A stretch of 64,000 nt of DNA. Source: an uncultured Merdimonas sp. (GTDB taxonomy: Bacteria; Bacillota; Clostridia; Lachnospirales; Lachnospiraceae). Shown piece by piece: positions 51,749 to 61,232 of this stretch; position 1 is the stretch's first letter; the number at the start of each line of letters is the position of its first letter. The notes beneath the pieces were generated by a model, which worked only from the letters and a program-made list of their open reading frames with translations, made no database searches and was not told the DNA's origin. The translations under genes and the position numbers were made by a program. The DNA lies in assembly GCA_944378225.1 (NCBI GenBank), contig CALWGE010000003.1, forward strand, positions 5,455 through 69,454, in the 5' to 3' direction.

Positions 51749-54190
51749 ATGTTTGAGAATTATACCGATAAGGCGGCAAGAGTTCTGAAGCAGGCTGTAA
51801 AGGCATCCAGAGAACTCGGCCAGAATTATACAGGTACAGAGCATATCCTGCTGGCCATTCTGCGGGAGAAGGACTGTGCTGCAGCACGGCTTCTGGCAGA
51901 ACGGAAGGCAGATGAAAAGACAGTGACAGAGCTCATCCGGGATTTGATCTCTCCGGAAAATGGAGTAGTTCTGGCAGAGAGAGAGGGATTTACTCCGAGA
52001 GCAGAAAAGGTTCTGGAGGATGCCTGTCAGGAAGCGGTTCGTTTTCACGAGAAAAAGGCGGGAACTGAGCATATTCTGATTGCCATACTTAAAGATGTGG
52101 AATGTGCTGCCAGCCGTCTGCTGAATACCATGAATGTGAACGCGAAAGAATTGTATACGGCTATGCTGAATTCCATGGGGAAGACGGGGCAGGCATACCG
52201 TGAGGAGGCTGCGCGGAGCGGACGTGCTCAGGGACAGGGAAAGAGCACACAGACTCTGGAGCAGTACAGCCGGGATCTGACGGAGCTGGCCAGAGAGCGG
52301 AGACTGGAGCCCTGCATCGGAAGGGAAAAGGAGATTCGTCGTCTGATTCAGACCTTAAGCCGGAGGACAAAGAATAATCCCTGTCTGATAGGGGAACCCG
52401 GCGTAGGAAAAACAGCAATTGTGGAAGGGCTGGCAGAGCGTATTGTGGAAGGAGCAGTGCCTGATTCAGTAAAAGGAAAGAGGGTCCTGACTCTTGATTT
52501 GTCCGGTATGGTGGCAGGAACCAAGTATCGGGGTGAATTTGAAGAGCGGATAAAAAACGTCATGGAGGAGGTCATTCATGCCGGAGATGTGCTGCTTTTC
52601 ATCGATGAACTGCATACACTGATAGGAGCCGGCGGAGCAGAAGGCGCCATGGATGCGGCAAATATTCTGAAGCCGGCTCTCTCAAGAGGCGAGCTTCAGG
52701 TAATTGGAGCCACTACTGTAGAGGAGTACCGGAAGCATATAGAAAAGGATGCAGCTCTGGAACGCCGGTTTCAGCCGATTATGGTGGAAGAACCTACAGA
52801 AGAAGAAACGGTGGAAATTTTAAAAGGTCTGCGTGAAAATTATGAAAAGCATCATCAGGTAGTAATCGCGGATGAAGCGCTGGAGGCAGCTGTCAAACTG
52901 TCAAAACGGTATATCAGCGATCGCTTTCTTCCGGATAAAGCGATAGATCTGGTAGATGAAGCCTGCGCCCGCGTACGGCTGGGCGGAACGCAGCTCCTGA
53001 ATCTGTCATCAGGACTGGAACAGCAGAGCGCAGCACTGCTGGAAGAGATTGAAGAGGCAGTCCTGCAGCAGAATTTTGAGCGGGCAGCAGAGCTTCGGAA
53101 GGAACGGGTGCAGATAGAAGAAAAACTGGCGAAGGAAAAGCAGAAGACAGGACGCGGCCGGGGCAGAAAGGCGCTGTCTGTAGGAGAAAATGAAATTGCC
53201 CAGGTAGTGGCAGAGTGGACAAAGATTCCGGTCAGCAAGCTGGCAGAGACGGAGACCCAGAGACTGCAGAAACTGGAAAAAATTCTTCACAAACGTGTGA
53301 TTGCGCAGAATGAGGCGGTGGAAGCGGTAGCCAGAGCTGTACGCCGGGGACGTGTGGGTCTGAAGGATCCGAAGCGGCCTATCGGTTCTTTCCTGTTTCT
53401 CGGTCCTACCGGTGTGGGCAAGACAGAGCTGTCCAAGGCTCTTGCAGAGGTTCTGTTTGGCCGTGAGGAGGCTATGATCCGTGTTGATATGTCGGAATAT
53501 ATGGAGAAACACAGTGTTTCCAGACTTATTGGAGCGCCTCCGGGATATGTGGGACATGATGATGGCGGACAGCTTTCCGAAAAAGTCCGGAGAAATCCTT
53601 ATACCGTAATTCTTTTTGATGAGATTGAAAAGGCTCATCCGGATATTTTTAATATTCTTCTTCAGGTTCTGGATGACGGACGGATTACGGATTCTCAGGG
53701 AAGAACTGTGGATTTCAAAAATACTGTGATTATTATGACTTCAAATGCGGGAGCAGGCTCCATTATTTCTCCCAAAAAGCTTGGTTTTGCATCTTCTGAT
53801 GATGAAAAACAGAATTATGAGGCTATGAAATCCAGTGTAATGGAAGAAGTGCGGCGGATGTTTAAACCGGAATTTCTGAACCGTATCGATGAGATTATTG
53901 TTTTCCATTCTCTGAACAAAGAGCAGATGAAGCATATTGTAACCATACTGTTCAAAGAACTGTCAGATCGCTGCAGAGAGCAGATGGGTATTACGCTGAA
54001 AATACGGGACAGTGTGAAAACTCATATTGTTGACAGCGCTTATGATGTAAAGTACGGAGCGCGTCCGTTAAAGCGGGCGATTCAGACACAGGTAGAGGAT
54101 CCGCTTGCAGATGCCCTGCTTTCAGGGACTATTCACAAGGGCGGGGATGTAACGGTTACCATGCGGAAAGGGAAGGTTACGTTTATCTGA
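51749..54190 (+). CDS. clpC: ATP-dependent Clp protease ATP-binding subunit ClpC
   Basis: ATG 51749 follows ACAGGAGGAAA (the ORF track starts at 51713). Two Clp_N repeats, Walker A 'GEPGVGKTA' and 'GPTGVGKTE', and a UVR-like linker '[22 protein letters not shown]'. Confidence 0.9.
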   Translation: MFENYTDKAARVLKQAVKASRELGQNYTGTEHILLAILREKDCAAARLLAERKADEKTVTELIRDLISPENGVVLAEREGFTPRAEKVLEDACQEAVRFHEKKAGTEHILIAILKDVECAASRLLNTMNVNAKELYTAMLNSMGKTGQAYREEAARSGRAQGQGKSTQTLEQYSRDLTELARERRLEPCIGREKEIRRLIQTLSRRTKNNPCLIGEPGVGKTAIVEGLAERIVEGAVPDSVKGKRVLTLDLSGMVAGTKYRGEFEERIKNVMEEVIHAGDVLLFIDELHTLIGAGGAEGAMDAANILKPALSRGELQVIGATTVEEYRKHIEKDAALERRFQPIMVEEPTEEETVEILKGLRENYEKHHQVVIADEALEAAVKLSKRYISDRFLPDKAIDLVDEACARVRLGGTQLLNLSSGLEQQSAALLEEIEEAVLQQNFERAAELRKERVQIEEKLAKEKQKTGRGRGRKALSVGENEIAQVVAEWTKIPVSKLAETETQRLQKLEKILHKRVIAQNEAVEAVARAVRRGRVGLKDPKRPIGSFLFLGPTGVGKTELSKALAEVLFGREEAMIRVDMSEYMEKHSVSRLIGAPPGYVGHDDGGQLSEKVRRNPYTVILFDEIEKAHPDIFNILLQVLDDGRITDSQGRTVDFKNTVIIMTSNAGAGSIISPKKLGFASSDDEKQNYEAMKSSVMEEVRRMFKPEFLNRIDEIIVFHSLNKEQMKHIVTILFKELSDRCREQMGITLKIRDSVKTHIVDSAYDVKYGARPLKRAIQTQVEDPLADALLSGTIHKGGDVTVTMRKGKVTFI

Positions 54191-54306
54191 CGGCGCTGGC
54201 GCGGTCAGCGCCCCGTGCCTTACGAATTACAAAAAAAGTCTGGAAATACAGAACCGGATCGTTTATAATCAAGGCATCACAAGATCCATTTGGGAGGACG
54301 AAAGAA

Positions 54307-54720
54307 ATGGCAGCAGTAAAAGAATTAATCCGTGCGGAAGAAGACGGCAGTATCAGCTTTGGCGATTATGAGCTGGCATCCAAGACGAAGAAGCAGGATT
54401 TCGAATATCAGGGAGATATTTACAAAGTAAAGACCTTTCGTGAGATTACGAAACTGGAAAGGAACGAGATGTTCGTATATGAGTCTGTACCGGGGACGGC
54501 AGTGGAACACTTCCGGGCGGATGCGAACAGTGTGGAATTTCAGGTAGACGGACCGGAGGACGCACAGATTACGCTTGGTATGGAGGATGATACCGAATAC
54601 CTGACGCTGGTGAACGGTGTGAGCACAGGCGCGATTAAAACGGGACTGGGAGGCAAGCTGGTACTGAGTGTAGAGCTTGGAAATACAGACGCAGTCACAG
54701 TAAAGATTCTGAAGGCATAG
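54307..54720 (+). CDS. Hypothetical soluble protein (137 aa)
   Basis: Clean ORF between clpC and radA. I recognise no family. Acidic and beta-rich-looking. Confidence 0.55.
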   Translation: MAAVKELIRAEEDGSISFGDYELASKTKKQDFEYQGDIYKVKTFREITKLERNEMFVYESVPGTAVEHFRADANSVEFQVDGPEDAQITLGMEDDTEYLTLVNGVSTGAIKTGLGGKLVLSVELGNTDAVTVKILKA

Positions 54721-54729
54721 GAAGAGCGT

Positions 54730-56094
54730 ATGGCAAAAAGCAGGACAACGGTATTTTTCTGTCAGAATTGCGGATACGAGTCTCCGAAATGGATGGGACA
54801 GTGTCCGGGATGCCGGGAGTGGAATACCTTTGTGGAAGAGACTGTTGACAAAAAAAGCACCGGTAAGGTGAAAGATGAGAGAAAGGCAGCCGCAGCGCCG
54901 GTCTGCCTTTCTTCTGTTAAGATGGAAGAGGAAGAGAGGATCAGCTCCGGTCTGGAAGAACTGGATCGGGTACTGGGAGGCGGAATTGTGCCGGGGTCGC
55001 TGGTTCTGGTGGGAGGAGATCCGGGGATTGGGAAATCCACGCTTCTGCTTCAGGTGTGCAGGAAGCTTGCCGGAGACAGCCGGGAGGTTCTGTACATATC
55101 GGGTGAGGAATCTTTAAAACAGATTAAAATGCGGGCGGCCCGGATTGGCAGCTTTTCAGATCAGTTCCGCCTGTTCTGTGAGACGAATCTGGATGTGATT
55201 CAGGATACAATTCGCGCTTCTGTGCCTCAGGCAGTTGTGATAGATTCCATTCAGACCATGTACAGTGAAAATGTCAGTTCTGCACCGGGCAGTGTCTCTC
55301 AGGTAAGAGAAGCCACAGCAGTATTTCTGCAGCTGGCCAAGGGATTGGGCACTTCTGTATTTATCGTTGGTCATGTGACCAAGGAAGGAACTGTGGCGGG
55401 GCCCAGAGTGCTGGAACATATGGTGGATACGGTGCTTTATTTTGAGGGGGATCGTCATGCATCTTATCGCATTTTAAGAGCTGTAAAAAATCGTTTTGGC
55501 TCAACGAACGAGATTGGTGTTTTCGAAATGCGTGAGAGTGGGCTGGAGGAGGTACAGAATCCTTCGGAATTTATGCTGAACGGAAGACCGGAAGATTCCT
55601 CCGGATCGATTGTGGCCTGTTCGGTGGAAGGAACCCGTCCGATTCTTCTGGAGATTCAGGCTCTCGTCACGAGAAGCCCTCTGGCTGTGCCCAGACGGAC
55701 CGCGGCAGGCATGGATTACAACAGGGTAAATCTTCTGCTGGCAGTACTGGAAAAAAGGCTTCATCTGCAGCTTTCAGGCAGTGATGTTTATATTAATATT
55801 GCGGGCGGTCTGCGTATCAGTGAGCCGGCGATTGATCTGGCTGTCGTGCTTGCTGTGGTATCCAGCGCCCGTGACAGGGCGATTGATGAAAAAACGCTGG
55901 CGTTTGGCGAGGTAGGCTTAAGCGGCGAGGTAAGAGCAGTCAGTCAGGCTGCTCAGCGCGTGCAGGAGGCGAAGAAGCTGGGATTTACCACTGTAATTCT
56001 TCCCCAGGCCTGCCGGGAACAGATTGGCGATGTCAAAGGAATCCGGCTGTGCGGTGTCCGCACGGTGGCGGAGGCAGTAGGGGTGATTCTGTAA
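54730..56094 (+). CDS. radA: DNA repair protein RadA/Sms
   Basis: Zn-finger 'FCQNCGYESPKWMGQCPGCREWN', Walker A 'GGDPGIGKSTLLLQ', 'KNRFG' and a Lon-like C-terminal domain. Confidence 0.92.
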   Translation: MAKSRTTVFFCQNCGYESPKWMGQCPGCREWNTFVEETVDKKSTGKVKDERKAAAAPVCLSSVKMEEEERISSGLEELDRVLGGGIVPGSLVLVGGDPGIGKSTLLLQVCRKLAGDSREVLYISGEESLKQIKMRAARIGSFSDQFRLFCETNLDVIQDTIRASVPQAVVIDSIQTMYSENVSSAPGSVSQVREATAVFLQLAKGLGTSVFIVGHVTKEGTVAGPRVLEHMVDTVLYFEGDRHASYRILRAVKNRFGSTNEIGVFEMRESGLEEVQNPSEFMLNGRPEDSSGSIVACSVEGTRPILLEIQALVTRSPLAVPRRTAAGMDYNRVNLLLAVLEKRLHLQLSGSDVYINIAGGLRISEPAIDLAVVLAVVSSARDRAIDEKTLAFGEVGLSGEVRAVSQAAQRVQEAKKLGFTTVILPQACREQIGDVKGIRLCGVRTVAEAVGVIL

Positions 56095-56876
56095 TGCGTT
56101 TTCGGCCGTGTATTGATATTCACAATGGAAAAGTAAAACAAATTGTAGGAGGCAGTCTTGCGGATCGGGATGATTCTGCGGAGGAGAATTTTGTATCACA
56201 GCAGACGGCTGCCTGGTATGCTTCCCTGTATCGGAAAGACGGACTGACCGGCGGCCATGTAATTCTGCTGAACGGGGCGGATTCGCCCTATTTTGAGGAG
56301 ACAAGGCAGCAGGCGCTGGAAGCTCTGCGGGCATATCCGGACGGACTTCAGCTGGGAGGCGGGGTGACGCCGGAGAATGCCTGTGAGTATCTGGATGCAG
56401 GAGCTTCCCATGTGATTGTTACCTCTTATGTATTCCGGAATGGACAGATTCAGTATGATAATCTGGAGAAAATGAGGAATACTGTAGGAAAAGAGAAACT
56501 GGTACTGGATCTCAGCTGCCGAAAGAAAAAGGGGGAGAACGGGGAAGCTTATTTTGTAGTGACAGACCGCTGGCAGAAATGGACGGATGTTGAGGTTTCT
56601 CCTGCCCTGCTGGAGGAGCTTTCGCGAAGCTGCAGTGAATTTCTGATTCATGCAGTGGATGTGGAAGGGAAGGCATCCGGTGTGGAACGTGAACTGGTTC
56701 AGATGCTGGGAAAATGGGAAGGGATTCCTGTTACATATGCCGGAGGAGTGGGCAGTACAGCGGATCTGGAGATTCTGCGGACACTGGGCCGGGGCCGGGT
56801 AGATGTGACGATTGGAAGCGCGCTTGACCTTTTTGGCGGTTGTATCCCCTACCGGAATGTGGTATACTTGAACTAG
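56094..56876 (+). CDS. His6/eukaryote-type HisA-family isomerase (ProFAR isomerase-like), orphan
   Basis: The ATG shares the TAATG overlap with the radA stop (the ORF track starts at 56049). Motifs 'MRFRPCIDIHNGKVKQIVGGSL', 'LQLGGGV', 'IHAVDVEGK' and 'TYAGGV'. Confidence 0.7.
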   Translation: MRFRPCIDIHNGKVKQIVGGSLADRDDSAEENFVSQQTAAWYASLYRKDGLTGGHVILLNGADSPYFEETRQQALEALRAYPDGLQLGGGVTPENACEYLDAGASHVIVTSYVFRNGQIQYDNLEKMRNTVGKEKLVLDLSCRKKKGENGEAYFVVTDRWQKWTDVEVSPALLEELSRSCSEFLIHAVDVEGKASGVERELVQMLGKWEGIPVTYAGGVGSTADLEILRTLGRGRVDVTIGSALDLFGGCIPYRNVVYLN

Positions 56877-56903
56877 TAAAAAAAACGTAAAGGAGTTGAG
56901 TCT

Positions 56904-57428
56904 ATGCGTTATATTATCAGCGGAAAGAACATCGATGTGACAGAAGGGCTTCGGACGGCGATTACAGACAAGCTTGGGAAGCTGGAGCGCTATTTTACTC
57001 CTGACACAGAGGTACAGGTAACCTTAAGTGTCGAAAAAGAGAGGCAGAAAATCGAAGTGACGATTCCTGTAAAGGGCACAGTGATTCGCTCTGAGCAGGT
57101 AAGCAATGATATGTATGTATCCATTGATCTGGTGGAAGAAGTCATTGAGCGTCAGCTGCGCAAGTATAAGAATAAGATCGTGCAGCGCGAGCAGGGCGGA
57201 GGCAGTTTCCGTCAGGAGTTTATCGATAGAGAGGCAGAGGATGAGGAGGTTCGCATCATCCGTACAAAACAGTATGACCTGAAGCCGCTGTATCCTGAAG
57301 ATGCATGCGTGCAGATGGAGATGCTGGGACACAGCTTCTACGTATTTGTGAACGCAGAGACGGATCAGGTAAATGTGGTTTATAAGAGAAAGGGAAATAC
57401 CTACGGACTTCTGGAGCCTGAGAAATAA
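56904..57428 (+). CDS. hpf: Ribosome hibernation promoting factor (long HPF)
   Basis: 174 aa. An 'I.GKNI.VT..LR' N-terminal domain plus the C-terminal dimerisation domain 'MEMLGHSFYVFVNAETDQVNVVYKRKGNTYGLLEP'. Confidence 0.9.
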   Translation: MRYIISGKNIDVTEGLRTAITDKLGKLERYFTPDTEVQVTLSVEKERQKIEVTIPVKGTVIRSEQVSNDMYVSIDLVEEVIERQLRKYKNKIVQREQGGGSFRQEFIDREAEDEEVRIIRTKQYDLKPLYPEDACVQMEMLGHSFYVFVNAETDQVNVVYKRKGNTYGLLEPEK

Positions 57429-57494
57429 GAGGAAATGCTTTGCGGCCGGCAGATTAGGGCAGGGCAGATTTTCCTGTAAATAAAGAGAAAAGAG

Positions 57495-57550
57495 CGGGGA
57501 TGACGGACTGGTGAACAGCCGGCTGTCATCCCCGGTTTATTGCTGTTTTT
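57495..57550 (+). terminator. Intrinsic terminator after hpf
   Basis: CGGGGATGAC (57495-57504) pairs with GTCATCCCCG (57525-57534). A T-rich tail ending TGTTTTT follows. Confidence 0.6.
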
Positions 57551-57581
57551 ACCTGTTTTTTCCGGCTGCATATTTCTTTTC

Positions 57582-57610
57582 TTGAATAATCCTCCGTATA
57601 GTGCTAAAAT
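57582..57610 (+). promoter_or_regulatory. Candidate secA promoter (TTGAAT-N17-TAAAAT)
   Basis: TTGAAT at 57582-57587, a 17-nt spacer, then TAAAAT at 57605-57610. Confidence 0.45.
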
Positions 57611-57703
57611 ACAAAACGGAGTATTGTCTGAATTAAAAAAATGCAGGCTGCGGGGCGGAACAGCCGTTTTTAAATGCAGCAGCACAGAGATTGGAGTAAT
57701 CAG

Positions 57704-60274
57704 ATGGGTTTTTTGACAAAGGTTTTCGGCACGCATTCTGAGCGTGAATTAAAACTGATCTATCCCCTGGTGGATAAAATCGAAGCTCTCCGGCCGGAGA
57801 TGATGAAGCTTTCGGACGAGGAGCTGAAAGGAAAGACGAGGGAGTTTAAGCAGCGCCTGGCAAATGGCGAGACACTGGATGATCTGCTGGTGGATGCTTT
57901 TGCGGCAGTCCGCGAGGCGGCAAGACGTGTTCTTGGTATGGAGCATTACCGGGTACAGCTGATTGGCGGAATTATCCTGCATCAGGGACGTATTGCCGAG
58001 ATGAAGACGGGTGAAGGAAAGACGCTTGTGTCTACGCTGCCTGCATATCTGAACGCTCTGGAAGGCAAGGGAGTTCATATCGTGACAGTCAACGATTACC
58101 TGGCACATCGTGACTCAGAATGGATGGGAAAAGTACACGAAGCTCTGGGACTGACGGTAGGCGTGGTTCTGAATGGAAACACAAATGATGAGCGCCGGGC
58201 TGCCTATGCCTGCGATATTACCTATGTAACAAATAATGAGCTTGGTTTCGACTATCTGCGTGATAACATGGTTATCTATAAAGAGCAGCTGGTACAGAGA
58301 GAGCTCCATTATGCCATTATCGATGAGGTGGACTCGGTTCTGATCGACGAGGCCAGAACCCCCCTGATTATTTCCGGTCAGAGCGGAAAATCCACAAAGC
58401 TTTATGAGGTTTGTGACGCGCTGGCAAAGACCATGAAGCGTGGAGAAGCCAGCGGTGAATTTTCCAAAATGAATGCCATTATGGGCGAGGAGATTACAGA
58501 GACCGGTGAATTCATTGTTAATGAAAAGGATAAGATTGTAAATCTGACTGCCGACGGAGTAAAGCGGGTAGAGCAGTACTTCCATATTGAAAATCTGGCA
58601 GATCCGGAGAATCTGGAGATTCAGCATAATATGATTCTGGCTCTGCGGGCCAATTATCTGATGTTCCGGGATCAGGACTATGTGGTAAAGGATGATCAGG
58701 TTCTGATCGTAGATGAGTTTACAGGTCGTATCATGCCGGGACGCCGCTATTCCGATGGTCTCCATCAGGCTATTGAGGCGAAGGAACATGTAAAGGTGAA
58801 GCGGGAGAGCAAAACTCTGGCGAATATCACCTTCCAGAATTTCTTTAACAAATATGACAAGAAGGCCGGTATGACAGGTACGGCATTGACGGAAGAGAAG
58901 GAGTTCCGGGAGATCTACGGTATGGATGTTATCGAAATTCCCACGAACCGTCCTGTAATCCGTAAAGACCTGGACGACGCCGTATATAAAACGAAAAAAG
59001 AAAAATTCCACGCAGTGGTAGAGTCTATCAAGGAAGCTCACGCGAAAGGGCAGCCGGTTCTGGTAGGCACGATTACGATTGAGACTTCAGAGTATCTGAG
59101 CGGACTTCTGCGGAAGCAGGGAATCCCTCATGAAGTACTGAACGCAAAGTTCCATGAACGTGAGGCAGAAATCGTCGCTCTGGCCGGACAGCACGGTGCC
59201 GTAACGATTGCCACCAATATGGCTGGTCGTGGTACGGATATCAAGCTGGATGATGAGGCGAAAGCGGCAGGAGGTCTGAAAATCATCGGTACGGAACGTC
59301 ATGAGGCGAGACGTATTGACAATCAGCTGCGCGGTCGTTCCGGACGCCAGGGAGATCCGGGTGAATCCCGTTTTTATATTTCTCTGGAGGACGATCTGAT
59401 GCGTCTGTTCGGATCTGAACGTCTGATGAGTATTTTTAACGCACTGGGTGTACCTGAGAATGAGCAGATAGAACACAAGATGCTGTCTGATGCCATTGAA
59501 AAGGCTCAGAAGAAGATTGAGAGCAATAACTTTGGTATCCGTAAAAACCTGCTGGAATATGATCAGGTTATGAACGAGCAGCGTGAAATTATCTACGCGG
59601 AGCGTCGGCGTGTACTGAATGGTGAGAGTATGCGTGATGCTGTATACAAGATGATTACCGACACGGTGGAGAATGTTGTCGACAGTCTGATTGGAGATGA
59701 CCAGGACAAGGCGGACTGGGATCTGTTAGGACTTAATGAGACTCTTCTGCGAACGATTCCTCTTGAGCCTGTTACACCGGAACGCATTGGAGATAAGAAG
59801 AATAAGAACGAGCTGAAACATATGCTGAAGGAAGAGGCTGTGAAGCTTTATGAGCTGAAAGAGTCTGAATTCCCGAATCCGGAAATGCTTCGTGAACTGG
59901 AGCGTGTATTCCTTCTGAAGGTTATTGACCGGAAGTGGATGGATCATATCGACGATATGGATCAGCTGCGTCAGGGTATCGGACTTCAGGCTTTTGCTCA
60001 GCGTGATCCGCTGGTAGAATATAAACTGAGCGGATATGAAATGTTCTCGGCCATGACAGCCAGCATTCAGGAAGAGACAGTACGGATCCTGATGCATGTG
60101 CGTGTGGAGGAAAAGGCAGAGCGTGAGCAGGTTGCCAAGGTAACCGGTACGAATAAGGATACTTCCCTGGCAAGTGCGCCGAAAAAGCGGGAAGCGGCAA
60201 AAGTATATCCAAACGATCCCTGTCCCTGTGGAAGCGGCAAAAAATATAAACAGTGCTGCGGAAGAAAGGCATAG
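57704..60274 (+). CDS. secA: Preprotein translocase ATPase SecA
   Basis: ATG 57704 follows GGAG (the ORF track starts at 57674). Motifs '[10 protein letters not shown]', '[10 protein letters not shown]', '[17 protein letters not shown]' and '[10 protein letters not shown]', plus the C-terminal Zn motif '[14 protein letters not shown]'. Confidence 0.95.
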   Translation: MGFLTKVFGTHSERELKLIYPLVDKIEALRPEMMKLSDEELKGKTREFKQRLANGETLDDLLVDAFAAVREAARRVLGMEHYRVQLIGGIILHQGRIAEMKTGEGKTLVSTLPAYLNALEGKGVHIVTVNDYLAHRDSEWMGKVHEALGLTVGVVLNGNTNDERRAAYACDITYVTNNELGFDYLRDNMVIYKEQLVQRELHYAIIDEVDSVLIDEARTPLIISGQSGKSTKLYEVCDALAKTMKRGEASGEFSKMNAIMGEEITETGEFIVNEKDKIVNLTADGVKRVEQYFHIENLADPENLEIQHNMILALRANYLMFRDQDYVVKDDQVLIVDEFTGRIMPGRRYSDGLHQAIEAKEHVKVKRESKTLANITFQNFFNKYDKKAGMTGTALTEEKEFREIYGMDVIEIPTNRPVIRKDLDDAVYKTKKEKFHAVVESIKEAHAKGQPVLVGTITIETSEYLSGLLRKQGIPHEVLNAKFHEREAEIVALAGQHGAVTIATNMAGRGTDIKLDDEAKAAGGLKIIGTERHEARRIDNQLRGRSGRQGDPGESRFYISLEDDLMRLFGSERLMSIFNALGVPENEQIEHKMLSDAIEKAQKKIESNNFGIRKNLLEYDQVMNEQREIIYAERRRVLNGESMRDAVYKMITDTVENVVDSLIGDDQDKADWDLLGLNETLLRTIPLEPVTPERIGDKKNKNELKHMLKEEAVKLYELKESEFPNPEMLRELERVFLLKVIDRKWMDHIDDMDQLRQGIGLQAFAQRDPLVEYKLSGYEMFSAMTASIQEETVRILMHVRVEEKAEREQVAKVTGTNKDTSLASAPKKREAAKVYPNDPCPCGSGKKYKQCCGRKA

Positions 60275-60315
60275 AAGACAGAGGCGTAAGAGAGACTGAA
60301 GGAAAATTTGGAAAG

Positions 60316-60376
60316 CCCCCTTTCAGAAAGGCAAGCGGATCAGGAAAGCTTGTTATCTGAAAGGGGGTATGTTTTT
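60316..60376 (+). terminator. Terminator-like hairpin after secA
   Basis: CCCCCTTTCAG (60316-60326) pairs with CTGAAAGGGGG (60357-60367), with an inner CAAGC/GCTTG pairing. TATGTTTTT follows. Confidence 0.55.
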
Positions 60377-60421
60377 ACGAAAGAATACTTGATTCTGTTA
60401 TAGCAGCGGGGAGATTGAAAA

Positions 60422-61069
60422 ATGGAATTTATAAAGATTGACAGAAACGCCTGGATCCGGGAGGAATATTTTGAACATTATATTTCACGTGTTCCCTGTA
60501 CTTACAGCATGACTGTAAAACTGGACATTACTGCTCTGAAAAGCAGGGGTCAGAAGCTGTATCCTGCCATGCTGTATTACCTTTCGACCATCGTAAATCG
60601 CCATCCGGAGTTCAGAACGGCATTTAACAAACAAGGCGAACTGGGGATTTACAGTGAAATGGTACCGTCTTATACCGTGTTTCATAAAGATACAGAAACA
60701 TTTTCGGAACTCTGGACAGTTTATAAAGAAGACTATGAAAGCTTCTGCTCAGAATATGAAAAGGATATTCTTCAATATGGAAACTGTAAAGGTCTGACGG
60801 GAAAACCCGATGTTCCGGAAAATGTCTTTCCTGTGTCGATGATTCCATGGTTTTCATTTGAAGGATTTAATCTGAATCTGAAAAAAGACGGTGATTACCT
60901 GCTCCCCATCTTTACCATGGGAAAATATTACGAAGAAAATGGACGGATTAAACTTCCTCTTGCTATTCAGGTTCATCATGCTGCCGCAAAAGTATTTATA
61001 TCCGCTTTCTTCAGATGCATCTGGGAGTGGAGCCGGAGGAGATTGGTTTTAATCAGCCCAAGGGAATGA
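60422..61069 (+). CDS. Type-A chloramphenicol acetyltransferase-like (CatA-like) O-acetyltransferase with an aberrant C-terminus
   Basis: 215 aa. Classical CAT blocks 'VPCTYSMTVKLDIT', 'LYPAMLYY', 'PSYTVFH', 'VSMIPW.SF.GFNLN', 'PIFTMGKYY' and 'LPLAIQVHHA'. The expected 'HHAVCDG' reads 'HHAAAKV', and the tail is an atypical W/R-rich sequence. Confidence 0.8.
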   Translation: MEFIKIDRNAWIREEYFEHYISRVPCTYSMTVKLDITALKSRGQKLYPAMLYYLSTIVNRHPEFRTAFNKQGELGIYSEMVPSYTVFHKDTETFSELWTVYKEDYESFCSEYEKDILQYGNCKGLTGKPDVPENVFPVSMIPWFSFEGFNLNLKKDGDYLLPIFTMGKYYEENGRIKLPLAIQVHHAAAKVFISAFFRCIWEWSRRRLVLISPRE

Positions 61070-61117
61070 TGTATCCCACAGAGAATCCATTTGCGTAAAA
61101 CACAGGCAAGTATTTGT

Positions 61118-61145
61118 TTGTATGTTCTGACACAGATGCTATAAT
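61118..61145 (+). promoter_or_regulatory. Candidate xylB promoter with extended -10 (TTGTAT-N16-TGcTATAAT)
   Basis: TATAAT at 61140-61145 preceded by TGC. TTGTAT at 61118-61123. Confidence 0.35.
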
Positions 61146-61232
61146 GGACTCAGAGACAATTCAGGGACGCCCCGTCTGAGCGGGGCATCCCTGTCTGAAT
61201 TTCAAAAACAGGGAAGATGTAGGAGAAAACAT

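Noticed and set aside
50973-51887. 304-aa - strand ORF.
   Set aside because: It is generated by the GAA/GAC-rich repeat tract that encodes the polyacidic tail on the + strand. Its translation is F/L/S-rich low complexity, and it crosses an intergenic region into clpC.
60422-61069. Considered calling the CAT-like gene an acquired, mobile chloramphenicol-resistance cassette.
   Set aside because: There is no transposase, integrase, inverted repeat or plasmid gene nearby. It sits between the housekeeping genes secA and xylB with ordinary terminator and promoter signals. Its catalytic-motif region is also aberrant, so a resistance phenotype cannot be assumed.
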